Assembly (NCBI GenBank): GCA_963719515.1
Contig: CAVRCJ010000010.1
Span: 800,001-864,000, forward strand
Direction of reading: 5' to 3'
Source: an uncultured cyanobacterium
GTDB lineage: Bacteria > Cyanobacteriota > Cyanobacteriia > CAKZMO01
Length of the DNA stretch: 64,000 bases
How positions within the stretch are numbered: position 1 is the first letter of the stretch; each line of letters opens with the position of its first letter. Of this stretch, positions 1 through 9,542 are shown one piece after another. The position numbers were made by a program, and so were the translations under genes. The notes beneath the pieces are model-generated. The model worked only from the letters and a program-made list of their open reading frames with translations. It made no database searches and was not told the origin of the DNA.

Positions 1-748
1 GCTAGAGCTAAAGGTGAAAGAGCGGACGGCGCGGCTGCAGCAGGCCAACCAAAAGCTGCAAGAGCTGAGCGAGACGCGATCGCGCTTTGTCTCCATGGTG
101 TGTCACGAGTTTCGCAATCCGCTCAACACGATTGCCCTATCGACCTCTTCCCTGAACCGCTACGACGCCCAGCTCAGCCCCCAGGACAAAGCCGATTACT
201 TACTCAAGATCAGCGCCAGCGTCGAGCGCATGACCCAGATGATCGACGACATTTTGACCATCGGCAAAATTGAGGCCAACCGCCTGGCGGTCAGCCCGCA
301 GCCCACAGAGCTAGTTGCATTTTGTCAAACTCTGCTGATGGAGCGAGAATGCCGCCGGCCCGAAAACCCCGTTCAGTTTTCCTGCCGCAGCCGCCAGCTC
401 GTGGCTTGTGTGGACGAGCGCCTGCTGTGGTCCGTGTTGACCAACCTGATTTCCAACGCCATCCGCTACACGCCGCCCGAAAAGGCGATCGCCCTCAAGC
501 TAGCCAGGCGGCAGCAGCGGCTGATTATCCAGGTAAAAGACGAGGGCATTGGCATTCCCCTAGGCGATCGCCGCCACCTGTTCGAGCCCTTCCACCGGGG
601 CCGTAACGTCAGCAATGTTCCCGGAACGGGGTTGGGGCTGAGCATTGTGAAGCAGTTTGTGGATCTGATGCAGGGCACGGTGGAGGTGACGAGCAGGGTA
701 GGACACAGCACGACGTTTACGGTGCGCTTGCCTGCATTAGGGCGCTAA
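1..748 (+). CDS. Sensor histidine kinase, C-terminal part (HisKA + HATPase_c); 5' end lies outside the window
   Basis: H-box VCHEFRNPL, N-box NLISNAIRY, G boxes DEGIGI and GTGLGL; the frame is open from the window edge. Confidence 0.9.
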   Translation, partial: LELKVKERTARLQQANQKLQELSETRSRFVSMVCHEFRNPLNTIALSTSSLNRYDAQLSPQDKADYLLKISASVERMTQMIDDILTIGKIEANRLAVSPQPTELVAFCQTLLMERECRRPENPVQFSCRSRQLVACVDERLLWSVLTNLISNAIRYTPPEKAIALKLARRQQRLIIQVKDEGIGIPLGDRRHLFEPFHRGRNVSNVPGTGLGLSIVKQFVDLMQGTVEVTSRVGHSTTFTVRLPALGR

Positions 749-752
749 CGCC

Positions 753-962
753 CTAGCCTTCAGAGGCCCGGGGCGCAGACTCAAACCCTAGCTCGTTGTG
801 CATGCCGGTGCAGAAGGGCTGCTTGGTTGAGGCCCCGCAGCGGCAAAGGGCAATGGTCGCCTGATCTGACGGAAAGCTGTTGCCTTCAGCATCAACCAAA
901 TCGACGTCACCCTTGATGAGGAAGGGGCCATTGTCGCGGACGGTAACGGTTACATCAGCCAT
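753..962 (-). CDS. CDGSH iron-sulfur domain protein
   Basis: NGP motif and LCRCGASTKQPFCTGMH (CDGSH-type 3Cys-1His). Confidence 0.85.
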   Translation of the reverse strand: MADVTVTVRDNGPFLIKGDVDLVDAEGNSFPSDQATIALCRCGASTKQPFCTGMHNELGFESAPRASEG

Positions 963-1147
963 CTTGATTCATCTCCTGCTGGAATGTAGTCTGTGGGCTA
1001 TAGCGAACTCATCAATCTTGTATCATCAGCACCTGCTCTGTCTATCAGCAATTTGCCCTTTGATGGACTTGCCCAGAGGTCTGGAAGTCCAGAATCTAGA
1101 GTTCAGCGCCCTGCCAAACACAGGCCATCTTCGAGGTGAGTTAATCC

Positions 1148-1417
1148 ATGAGTTTATTTAAGCAGCGGCCCGCCGCCAGCCCCGAAAAGCTTCGACAGCT
1201 CAAGACTTGGGTCTATGAGGCGTTGGACCTACCCACCGACGTGCCTGTTTCCATCAGCCAGCTGCAGTGCCACGAGCCGGGCTGTCCCCCCATTGAGACC
1301 GTCATCGCCGTAATGAGCCAGCTTCCTCAAACCTACAAAATTCACGCGGCTGTGGAGGCGATCGCCAAATCCGATGTAGAACAGGCGGTGAAGGCGAAGC
1401 CAACCGAAGCGAGCTAA
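1148..1417 (+). CDS. Small conserved hypothetical protein with CxxPGCPP motif (possible metal binding)
   Basis: QLQCHEPGCPPIETVI motif; GAGG SD-like sequence upstream. Confidence 0.7.
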   Translation: MSLFKQRPAASPEKLRQLKTWVYEALDLPTDVPVSISQLQCHEPGCPPIETVIAVMSQLPQTYKIHAAVEAIAKSDVEQAVKAKPTEAS

Positions 1418-1925
1418 ATAGAGCGATCGCAGCAGGATCGGCGTATTCTCCCCAGCTACCTGCGACGCAATATCGGGCCCAAGCTTTGGAAAAGTCTCTA
1501 ACACCTGCCCAATAGGCCGCATTGATGGCGCTTGGAGCAGTGGTTTGATGGCGCTTCTGCGTCGCTTCTAGAGACCAAAGGTCCAGGGATCTTTTGCACC
1601 AAGGGCATCCTCTAATCTGGCGGGCGAGCCTAACCGCTGTGTCTCCAGGGCGTCCACAGGATTTTTGATGGCCGCAGCGATCGCCCTACCTTTGGGAGAT
1701 GAAACCCTCACTTAAAGTGCTCAGGTTCCCGAGAGCGGCTGCTCGCCCTACTGTAGTATCCCAGCGGGAAGCAGCTGGCGCCGTCTGTGATGTAGAGCGC
1801 GCCGTCTATCTAGGCCCTACGCGGCGAATGTGCCTCGCAGAATACAGACATTGTGCTCAATGTCCTAGAAATTGATATACGATTATTGACACCTGTCGAC
1901 AGTCACCTCTACAGGTAAGCTGCCT

Positions 1926-4900
1926 ATGAAAATTCTCCACGGCACCTGGATCCCCCAGGCAACTGAAGACTTTGTTCAATCAGGGGCCTTCTACCTATGG
2001 ATTGAGACGGAAGCTAAAAGCCGTCGACGGCGGTCGAGCCGTTACCACCCTCGTCACCTATTTGCGCCCGACCTTGCCTCTGCCCTGACCGAAGAGCTGG
2101 GCTTTAAGCTGCCCTTCAGCCGCAAACCCGCAGATGTCAGCTTCCCCAAGCACTTTTTGCTGCCCACCCACGACGGCCAGCCGCTGCCGTCGCTAGAGAT
2201 GTCGCGCTACCTAGAAGCCGAAAGCCCGGATGCGTTTACCTGGCAGTTCTGGGAGATAGACTGCTACCCTTTGCCAGACATCACCGAAATTGTCAGCGTC
2301 CTCAACGACCTTCACTTCATTACCCTCTACAACCTCGCCGACCTGCAGCTCGGCGCTGACCTGCTGTTTTGGTATCACTACACCCAAGCCGTCAAGCAGG
2401 TCATTTTGCGAGACCAGTACATCCCGTCGTTGAAGTACCGCAGCTTGTCAAAAGCTGCGGAAAGCAAGACGGGCAGCCAGCGCAAATCCACCCGGTCGAA
2501 GATCGCCAAGCGCACCAGCACGCGGGCCCAGTCCACCGCCCGCAGGTCCGGTTCGTTCGAGATCTATCCGGCATGGGATATCGTGGGCGATCGCTACGAA
2601 GCTGATCTCGAAACCTACGCCGACTGTATGCCCCTACTCTGCGCCGCCGCATTCGGCGAACCGCCAGAGACGCCTGGCTTCTACGATCGCCCCACCCTGC
2701 TGCGCCACTTTTCAGAATGCTGGGTCAGCGAGCTGGTGCGCTCTACGCCCCTCCCTCAGACGTACCTCAAAACTCTCGATCACTCTTTAGTGGAAGACTG
2801 CCTCACCCACTCCCCCGAATATTCCCTAGGCGGCTCCAGCAGCGCCCTAGAGCGCTACCAGCAGTGGAGCAGCTGGCGCTCTAGCATCAGTCGCTCTGAA
2901 ACCGCCGCGCCGTTCCACCTCTATTTCCGGCTGGTGGAGCCGGGAGAGCCCGAAGATCCCTGGCTGATTCAGTTCCAGGTGGCCCCCAAACACGACCCCT
3001 CCCTAAGAATTTCCCTGCTGGATTTTTGGCGGCTGGGTCAGGAGCACTCGCAGGCGCTTCGCAAGCAGTTTGGCGATGACTTTGAGCAGCATTTGCTCAT
3101 CAGTCTGGGCTATGCGGCCCGCATTTACCCCAAGTTTTGGGTAGGTCTGGAGACGGACCAGCCCGTGGGCATCTTTGTAGACTTGGATACGGCGTTTGAC
3201 TTCCTTAAGGAGTCGGCCTGGGTTTTAGAAGACGCCGGCTACAAAGTTATCGTGCCCGCCTGGTGGACGCCCAAGGGCAGGCAGCGGGCCAAGGTGCGTC
3301 TCAACGCCAAAGGAACATCCTCAGGCAGCAATAAGGCTAAGAGCTACTTCTCCCTGGAAACCCTGGTGGAATACCAGTACAACCTCTCCATTGGCGACCA
3401 GGCCGTGAGCGAGCAGGAGTGGCAGCAGCTCGTAGGCACCAAATCATCGCTGGTGAAGTTTCGCGGCCAGTGGATGGAGCTGGACCGCGACAAAATGAAG
3501 CAGATGCTGGAGTTTTGGAAGCAGCAGCAGGCGGAGAACCCCCAGATGAGCCTGCTGGAATTTATGAAGCTGACGGCGGACGAGGGCGACGAGCTGGAGG
3601 TAGACTTCGAGCGGGACGGCACCCTGGCGGCCATGATGTCCCAGCTTAACGACAAAAGCCGCCTAGAGCCCACGGACGACCCTGACCAGCTCCAGGGCAC
3701 CCTGCGGGATTATCAAAAGCGGGGCCTGTCCTGGCTCCATTACCTAGAGCGGCTGGGGCTCAACGGCTGCCTGGCGGACGACATGGGCCTGGGCAAGACC
3801 GTGCAGGTGATCGCCCGTCTCATTCAAGAGCGAGAAATGGCCGCCGAGCTAGATCAGCGGGTAGCCCCCACTCTGCTCATTGCCCCCACCTCCGTCGTTG
3901 GCAACTGGTATCACGAGCTGGCCAAGTTCGCGCCGCACCTGAGCGTGGGGGTGCACCACGGGGGCGATCGCATCAAGGAGACAAAGGACTTCAAGGCGAT
4001 GTGCCGCACCCATGACGTGGTGATTACCTCCTTCACCCTGGCCCGTAAAGACGCCACGCTGCTGGAGAAGGTGACCTGGCACCGGGTGGTGCTGGACGAG
4101 GCGCAAAACATCAAAAACCCGAAGACGGCCCAAACCAAGGCCATTCTCAAGCTCAACGCCAACCACCGCCTGGCCCTGACGGGAACCCCGGTAGAAAACC
4201 GTCTGCTGGACCTCTGGTCTATCTTCAACTTTTTGAACCCCGGCTATCTGGGCACCCAAACCCAGTTTCGTAAGCAGTTCGAGGTGCCGATTCAAAAAGA
4301 CAATAACCCCACCCGCTCCGCCACCCTTAAAAAGCTAGTAGAGCCTTTCATTCTGCGGCGGGTGAAGACAGACGAATCGATTATCAAAGACCTGCCGGAC
4401 AAGATGGAGCAAAAGCTGTTTTGCAACCTCACTAAAGAGCAGGCCTCTCTCTACGAAGCGGTGCTCAAGGACGTCACCGAACAGCTCAACAAGGCCGACG
4501 GCATCCAGCGTAAGGGCATCATCTTGGCCACCCTGATGAAGCTCAAGCAAATCTGCAACCACCCCCGCCAGTTTCTCCAGGACGAGAGCGAGTTTACGGG
4601 CGATCGCTCCCACAAGCTCAGCCGCCTGTTGGAGATGCTGGACGAGGTGATTCAGGAGGGGGAAAGTGCCCTGGTATTCAGCCAGTTTCGAGAAATTGGC
4701 GACGCTCTAGAAAGCCACCTGCGCCACAACCACTACAACACCTACTACATTCACGGGGGCACTACCCGCAAAAAACGGGAGCAGATGATTGGCGAATTCC
4801 AAGACCCGGATACCGCCCCCTCTATCTTCGTGCTCTCCCTGAAAGCGGCAGGCGTGGGCATCACCCTCACTAAAGCCAACCACGTGTTCCACTTCGACCG

Positions 4901-5150
4901 CTGGTGGAACCCCGCCGTGGAAGATCAGGCCACCGACCGGGCCTTCCGCATTGGCCAGAAGAAGAACGTTTTTGTCCATAAGTTTGTGGCCATGGGGACG
5001 CTGGAAGAGCGTATTGACCAGATGATCGAGGATAAGAAAAAGCTGGCGGGGGCAATTGTGGGAGCGGATGAGTCCTGGCTGACAGAGCTGGATAATGACT
5101 CTTTTAAGAAACTGATCGCGCTCAACAAAAGCGCTATTTTGGACGAGTAA
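1926..5150 (+). CDS. SNF2-family (DEAD/DEAH) helicase with DUF3670-like middle region
   Basis: LADDMGLGKT, DEAQNIKN, TGTPVEN, DRWWNPAVEDQATDRAFRIGQ. Confidence 0.95.
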   Translation: MKILHGTWIPQATEDFVQSGAFYLWIETEAKSRRRRSSRYHPRHLFAPDLASALTEELGFKLPFSRKPADVSFPKHFLLPTHDGQPLPSLEMSRYLEAESPDAFTWQFWEIDCYPLPDITEIVSVLNDLHFITLYNLADLQLGADLLFWYHYTQAVKQVILRDQYIPSLKYRSLSKAAESKTGSQRKSTRSKIAKRTSTRAQSTARRSGSFEIYPAWDIVGDRYEADLETYADCMPLLCAAAFGEPPETPGFYDRPTLLRHFSECWVSELVRSTPLPQTYLKTLDHSLVEDCLTHSPEYSLGGSSSALERYQQWSSWRSSISRSETAAPFHLYFRLVEPGEPEDPWLIQFQVAPKHDPSLRISLLDFWRLGQEHSQALRKQFGDDFEQHLLISLGYAARIYPKFWVGLETDQPVGIFVDLDTAFDFLKESAWVLEDAGYKVIVPAWWTPKGRQRAKVRLNAKGTSSGSNKAKSYFSLETLVEYQYNLSIGDQAVSEQEWQQLVGTKSSLVKFRGQWMELDRDKMKQMLEFWKQQQAENPQMSLLEFMKLTADEGDELEVDFERDGTLAAMMSQLNDKSRLEPTDDPDQLQGTLRDYQKRGLSWLHYLERLGLNGCLADDMGLGKTVQVIARLIQEREMAAELDQRVAPTLLIAPTSVVGNWYHELAKFAPHLSVGVHHGGDRIKETKDFKAMCRTHDVVITSFTLARKDATLLEKVTWHRVVLDEAQNIKNPKTAQTKAILKLNANHRLALTGTPVENRLLDLWSIFNFLNPGYLGTQTQFRKQFEVPIQKDNNPTRSATLKKLVEPFILRRVKTDESIIKDLPDKMEQKLFCNLTKEQASLYEAVLKDVTEQLNKADGIQRKGIILATLMKLKQICNHPRQFLQDESEFTGDRSHKLSRLLEMLDEVIQEGESALVFSQFREIGDALESHLRHNHYNTYYIHGGTTRKKREQMIGEFQDPDTAPSIFVLSLKAAGVGITLTKANHVFHFDRWWNPAVEDQATDRAFRIGQKKNVFVHKFVAMGTLEERIDQMIEDKKKLAGAIVGADESWLTELDNDSFKKLIALNKSAILDE

Positions 5151-5152
5151 TT

Positions 5153-5983
5153 ATGGCTCAAAAAACGCGCACCTGGTGGGGACAAGAATTTATGTCGGCC
5201 ATCGAACAGCTCGCCGACTCCGGGCGGCTGAGCCGGGGCCGATCCTATTCAAGCCCCCACCGCATCAAGCACATCGAGATCGATGGCAACTTCATCAACG
5301 CCCATATCAGGGGCAACGCCAACGCATACTTCGGGGTGTACGAAGAGCCGACCTACATCACCACAATAGAGTTTGAGCCCATCAGCCGCGCTAAATGGAC
5401 GGCGGCGATCGCCCTTATGGCCTCTAAAGCGGGCACCATCTCTCGCCTGCTGCTGGGAGAAATTCCCGACAACATCGAGGCGAGCTTCACCACCCTAGAC
5501 CTACACCTGTTGCCTGCCAGCCGCCGGGACTTTAGGACCAGCTGCTCCTGTCCCGACTTCAGCAACCCCTGTAAGCATGTCGCCGGAGTTTTCTACTACA
5601 TCGCCGCTCAGCTGGATCGCGACCCCTTTTTGCTCTTTGAGCTGCGGGGACTGCCTCGGGAAGACCTGAAGACGGAGCTGGCTAAAACGCCGCTGGGACA
5701 GGCGCTGTCCACTAGTGCGCCCGCAGAAGCGCCGCCTGTCCCCAGTGAGCATTACTACACGGCCCCCACAGCCGCACCGCTAGAAGTCAGCCTTAAGTCA
5801 TTCTGGCAGGGAGAAAAGCCGCTACCCCAAACGATTGAGGCCGTGTCGCCGTCGGCAGTGTCGGCTATTTTGGTCAAAAAGCAGGGAGATTTTCCGGCCT
5901 TTTGGCACCGCGACAATTCGTTTGTTGAGGCGATGGAAAGGCTGTACGAATACGTGAAGAGCAAAAATCAGAAGAAGCTTTAG
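5153..5983 (+). CDS. SWIM zinc-finger protein, partner of the SNF2 helicase
   Basis: TWWG, RLSRGRSY, CSCPDFSNPCKH, DPFLLFELRG; starts 2 nt after the helicase stop. Confidence 0.92.
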   Translation: MAQKTRTWWGQEFMSAIEQLADSGRLSRGRSYSSPHRIKHIEIDGNFINAHIRGNANAYFGVYEEPTYITTIEFEPISRAKWTAAIALMASKAGTISRLLLGEIPDNIEASFTTLDLHLLPASRRDFRTSCSCPDFSNPCKHVAGVFYYIAAQLDRDPFLLFELRGLPREDLKTELAKTPLGQALSTSAPAEAPPVPSEHYYTAPTAAPLEVSLKSFWQGEKPLPQTIEAVSPSAVSAILVKKQGDFPAFWHRDNSFVEAMERLYEYVKSKNQKKL

Positions 5984-6240
5984 GCATTTCGCGCGCCCAA
6001 AGCATCCTCCATCACCGCCGGCAGCATAAACTCGGTTGTCAGATCACTAGAGACCCGAGGCGTGCAGACGCCGTTGATGCAAACAAACTCGCTGAGTGCG
6101 GCGACTTGAGACGGCAGCTCTCTCACCTTGAAGATATACTCGCCGTAGTCCGCCATGTCGTCCAGGCCCATCGACGTCAGGGTGACTTCAAAGAAGAGCC
6201 ATATTGCTGTTTTTAAGAATACAGATGGCATAGCTAACAT
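5980..6240 (-). CDS. Small hypothetical protein
   Basis: ATG start, hydrophobic N-terminus, GLDDMADYGEYIF motif. Confidence 0.55.
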   Translation of the reverse strand: MLAMPSVFLKTAIWLFFEVTLTSMGLDDMADYGEYIFKVRELPSQVAALSEFVCINGVCTPRVSSDLTTEFMLPAVMEDALGARNA

Positions 6241-6554
6241 AGGAGAAACACCCTCGGCACCTCTGTATCTACATCAGCAGCGCGAGAATTTGATGCCCGG
6301 TGCCCGTAGATCAAAGAAATCTAAACAATACTTAATATATATAACTATACAACATAGCCACCATAACGTGTATTTATATGAACCTACCTCGGGTGGCAAT
6401 AACCGCCCTTACCGCCCCTCGTAGGCTTAGCGGCGATGGCGGCTCCTCCCGCTAAGCGCCGCAGGTCTCGCAGCCTGGCGTAGCCCTCCCTTTGACAACA
6501 AGCTTTTTTAGGCCGTTGAGCCTACAGTTAGTAGTTAGTCCACAAAAGCCGCCG

Positions 6555-6986
6555 ATGAATGAATCCGCATCCTCTGCCGCCAGTCCCCAAGACGCCAAAG
6601 CCCCCGCCTGGAACGGGCGATCGCTAGCAGAATGGGTGACCCTGAGCGTAGCGACCCTAGTGCTGTTCGGCCTCATCGGCCTTGTGCTCTACGACTGGCA
6701 GGTGAACCAAAAGCGCCCCCCGGCCTTTCGCGTTGAAGTGACCGAATCGGCCCGCGTCACTGACGGCCACTACTACGTGCCGTTTTCAATTGTCAATACG
6801 GGGGGACGCATTGCCCGCACGGTGCAGGTGACGGCAGAGCTGCAGCTTGACGAGGCCACGGAGACGGGTGAGCAGCAAATTGACTTCTTATCGGGCAGCG
6901 AGCGCAAGCGCGGTAGCTTTGTCTTCAACCACAACCCCCAAGACGGGGCGCTCATGATTCGGGTTGCGAGCTACCGACTGCCGTGA
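6555..6986 (+). CDS. TIGR02588-family membrane-anchored protein
   Basis: RSLAEW, one TM segment, NTGGRIARTVQV, QIDFLSG; ATG at 6555 preferred. Confidence 0.75.
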   Translation: MNESASSAASPQDAKAPAWNGRSLAEWVTLSVATLVLFGLIGLVLYDWQVNQKRPPAFRVEVTESARVTDGHYYVPFSIVNTGGRIARTVQVTAELQLDEATETGEQQIDFLSGSERKRGSFVFNHNPQDGALMIRVASYRLP

Positions 6987-7963
6987 CCCTCAAAGTCATC
7001 CTCGACACTGACCCCGGCGGCGACGACAGCGTAGCGATTCTGTGGCTTCAAAGCCTGGCGCAGCAGGGGCTGCTGGAGCTGGTGGCGGTGACTGCCGCCG
7101 ACGGTAATGTGGCGGCCAAACAGACCTTTGCCAATGCCTGCAGGCTGCTGCATCTGGTGGGAGCAGTGGTGCCGGTGGGAATGGGCGTTGCCGTGGCGAG
7201 CGCCCAGGATGCCTCCCACATCCACGGCTCTGACGGCATGGGCAACCTCTCTACCACCCTCCCGCCACCGAACCCTCCCGTAGACCCAGCGATCGCCCCC
7301 ACCTCCGGCGATTTGCTTATCGAGCTGCTGACCGCGCAGCCTCACGAGCTTTCTATCGTGGCCATCGGCCCCTTGACTAACCTGGCCGCTGCTGAGGAAA
7401 AGCGTCCCGGCGTTCTGTCGCTGGCCAAAGAAGTCGTCATCATGGGCGGCGCGATCGCCTACCCCGGCAACGCGACGCCCCACGCTGAATTCAATATCTG
7501 GTTTAACCCCACGGCGGCGGCGACGGTGCTGGCCAGCCGCGCTGACCTGGTGCTCATCCCTCTAGGGGTCACCAGTCAGCTGCAGTTCACGCAAGCCATG
7601 GCCCAAGAAGTCTATCAGAGCAGTCTTCCTACCCAAGGCAAACCGCTGGCGATCGCTCAGTTTCTCCTGGCCCTATGCGAGTTTATGGCCACCACCGCCC
7701 GAGGCTACCGCGAGACTGACGGCAGCGCGTTTTTGGTCCATGACGCGGCCACGCTGGCCTATTTGGTCTACCCGCAGCTGTTGACGTTTCGGCGGGCTCA
7801 CGTCACCGTTGAGACCCAGGGCAGGCTTACCCAAGGGCAGACCCTACTAGACGCCCGGCCCGGCCCCAAGCGGCCCGCCAATGCCTGGGTGGCAACCGAA
7901 GTGCAGGTTTCAGAGTTCTTCGCCTGCTTGCTCCACGATCTTAAGTCTCTGGTGCAGGCCTAA
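6983..7963 (+). CDS. Inosine/uridine-preferring nucleoside hydrolase
   Basis: DTDPGGDD, HGSDGMG, IGPLTNLA, AEFNIW, VHDA. Confidence 0.92.
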   Translation: MTLKVILDTDPGGDDSVAILWLQSLAQQGLLELVAVTAADGNVAAKQTFANACRLLHLVGAVVPVGMGVAVASAQDASHIHGSDGMGNLSTTLPPPNPPVDPAIAPTSGDLLIELLTAQPHELSIVAIGPLTNLAAAEEKRPGVLSLAKEVVIMGGAIAYPGNATPHAEFNIWFNPTAAATVLASRADLVLIPLGVTSQLQFTQAMAQEVYQSSLPTQGKPLAIAQFLLALCEFMATTARGYRETDGSAFLVHDAATLAYLVYPQLLTFRRAHVTVETQGRLTQGQTLLDARPGPKRPANAWVATEVQVSEFFACLLHDLKSLVQA

Positions 7964-7972
7964 CTCTGGGCG

Positions 7973-9292
7973 CTATAGAACCAGCTGATCGACATACTCG
8001 TCGCGGCGAGCCTCTAGGTCAACCGCCAGACAGTACGTTCCGTCTTCCTGCTTAATCAAAACGCCAATGTCAACATATCGGCTCAGCGCCTGCTTCAGCT
8101 GAGCATTGGTGAGGTCGAGCCGTCCGTCTTTTTTGGCCTGCCGCACGTAGCTAAAAATCGTGAGAAATCGACCGTAGTTTCGCCCCGGCTCAACCTCCTG
8201 AAAAGACTTGTAGACCTGCTCTAGAACGATAAGCCACTTGTCGCGGTCAAACTCTCCGGGGCTATCGCCGCTAAATTCCGACTCTACCTCCGGATCCTCG
8301 TCGGGTAAAAACAGCTCCTTAAATTCCCGTAGAGTTTGTACGGTCACCTGGCCATCGGCTTCAGCCTTGGCGATAAAGGCGCTGAAATTGTCGAAGCTCA
8401 TGCTCTCGTGGCGAATAGACTGAAACCCACTGTAGGCGAACTCAGGATTTGCCCGCATGAGTAGGTCAATGGAGCCAAAACGAGTGCTTTTTCCTTGACT
8501 GCGGGCCTCGTCTATGGACTGAGTTAAGCAGGCGATCGCATTTGGGTAGCTGATGTCTTGGCCGACGCTCGCGCTCAGCTTATCTTTAGCCGCGACGTAA
8601 CGACTGTCCGCCGACAGATTCTCTAAATCGATAAACTCATCGGCGCTCAAGAGCAGCTGTTCGCTGGCGGTTTCGGTACGGCCAATTAGGGTAACGCGCT
8701 TGCGCAGCGTCCTTAGGGCGTTGACCAACGGCACAAAGTCGCGGTCGGCGGTGACGATAATAAATTGCTCAATGTTGGGGTAGTGATGGGCCGTGTTGAG
8801 GCAGTCTACCGTCAGCTTAATGTCGACGCTGTTTTCCTTACCCGTCGAGACATGGATGGGCTCAAATCCAAGACTGTACAGGGCCTGTACCAAGGGCTCT
8901 CGCTCCCGTCGCCAGTTAGCGTACACCATCTTAAAGCGGGTATGCCCTTTGTTTTCTGAGTAGTTCACCAGCGACTCGGCCAGGGGTGCTTTCACCCCGC
9001 GAGCCGCCACCTTGACGTTTTCGTAATCCCAAAACACGGCAATTTCGTCAGAGGCTTCGGGCGCAGGGAGAGCCGTTGGGATGGGGAGAGCCGTTGGGGG
9101 GAGGCTGGCCGACTCGGCTTGACTCTGGGTCTGAGCGACCAGTCCGCCGGCGTAGGCTGCAGACATGGCCACCGTTCCAGTGAACAGCGATCGCCTTACA
9201 TCCCGCTCGGCGAGCCAGCTAATTCCTGCTACTAGCCCAAACGCGATCGCTCCAAAACCAACCAAAACTCCAGCTTTTGTCATGCCAAACAC
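7973..9292 (-). CDS. NYN-domain (PIN-fold) protein with N-terminal membrane anchor
   Basis: FWDYEN, GKENSVDIKL, TADRDF, LLLSADEFID; two hydrophobic N-terminal segments. Confidence 0.85.
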   Translation of the reverse strand: MFGMTKAGVLVGFGAIAFGLVAGISWLAERDVRRSLFTGTVAMSAAYAGGLVAQTQSQAESASLPPTALPIPTALPAPEASDEIAVFWDYENVKVAARGVKAPLAESLVNYSENKGHTRFKMVYANWRREREPLVQALYSLGFEPIHVSTGKENSVDIKLTVDCLNTAHHYPNIEQFIIVTADRDFVPLVNALRTLRKRVTLIGRTETASEQLLLSADEFIDLENLSADSRYVAAKDKLSASVGQDISYPNAIACLTQSIDEARSQGKSTRFGSIDLLMRANPEFAYSGFQSIRHESMSFDNFSAFIAKAEADGQVTVQTLREFKELFLPDEDPEVESEFSGDSPGEFDRDKWLIVLEQVYKSFQEVEPGRNYGRFLTIFSYVRQAKKDGRLDLTNAQLKQALSRYVDIGVLIKQEDGTYCLAVDLEARRDEYVDQLVL

Positions 9293-9495
9293 CAGCCGTA
9301 AGGATGTCTTGTGTCCAGTCTACGCTCGCGCTCATCGGTTCTCCACTTTTTTATTCTTTAATCAGCCAATCGTCCGTCTGTTGAGATAACCCCGGTCAGA
9401 GGCGCTGCTGGAGAAACGATATCAACACAGCCCCTACGTCATATGGCGCTTGCGAAATAACAGAGACTTCGATACAAGTAGAAGCAGCGTCATAA

Positions 9496-9513
9496 TATGT
9501 AAACTTTTATAAC
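9496..9513 (-). promoter_or_regulatory. HLR1-like (RpaB) direct repeat upstream of glgA
   Basis: Minus strand GTTATAAA-AG-TTTACATA versus consensus (G/T)TTACA(T/A)(T/A)-N2-repeat; one mismatch. Confidence 0.6.
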
Positions 9514-9527
9514 GTAGCGATCGTTAC
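9514..9527. promoter_or_regulatory. NtcA-like box upstream of glgA
   Basis: GTA-GCGATCGT-TAC fits GTA-N8-TAC, 15 nt before the ATG. Confidence 0.5.
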
Positions 9528-9542
9528 AGCAAAGGAGAAGCG

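Noticed and set aside
1418..1925. Riboswitch or LexA box upstream of the SNF2 helicase
   Set aside because: No recognisable aptamer; AATAC-N7-GTGCT has the wrong spacing for the cyanobacterial LexA box
1926..5983. SNF2-SWIM pair as a novel defence system
   Set aside because: Common, widespread gene pair with no additional defence genes adjacent
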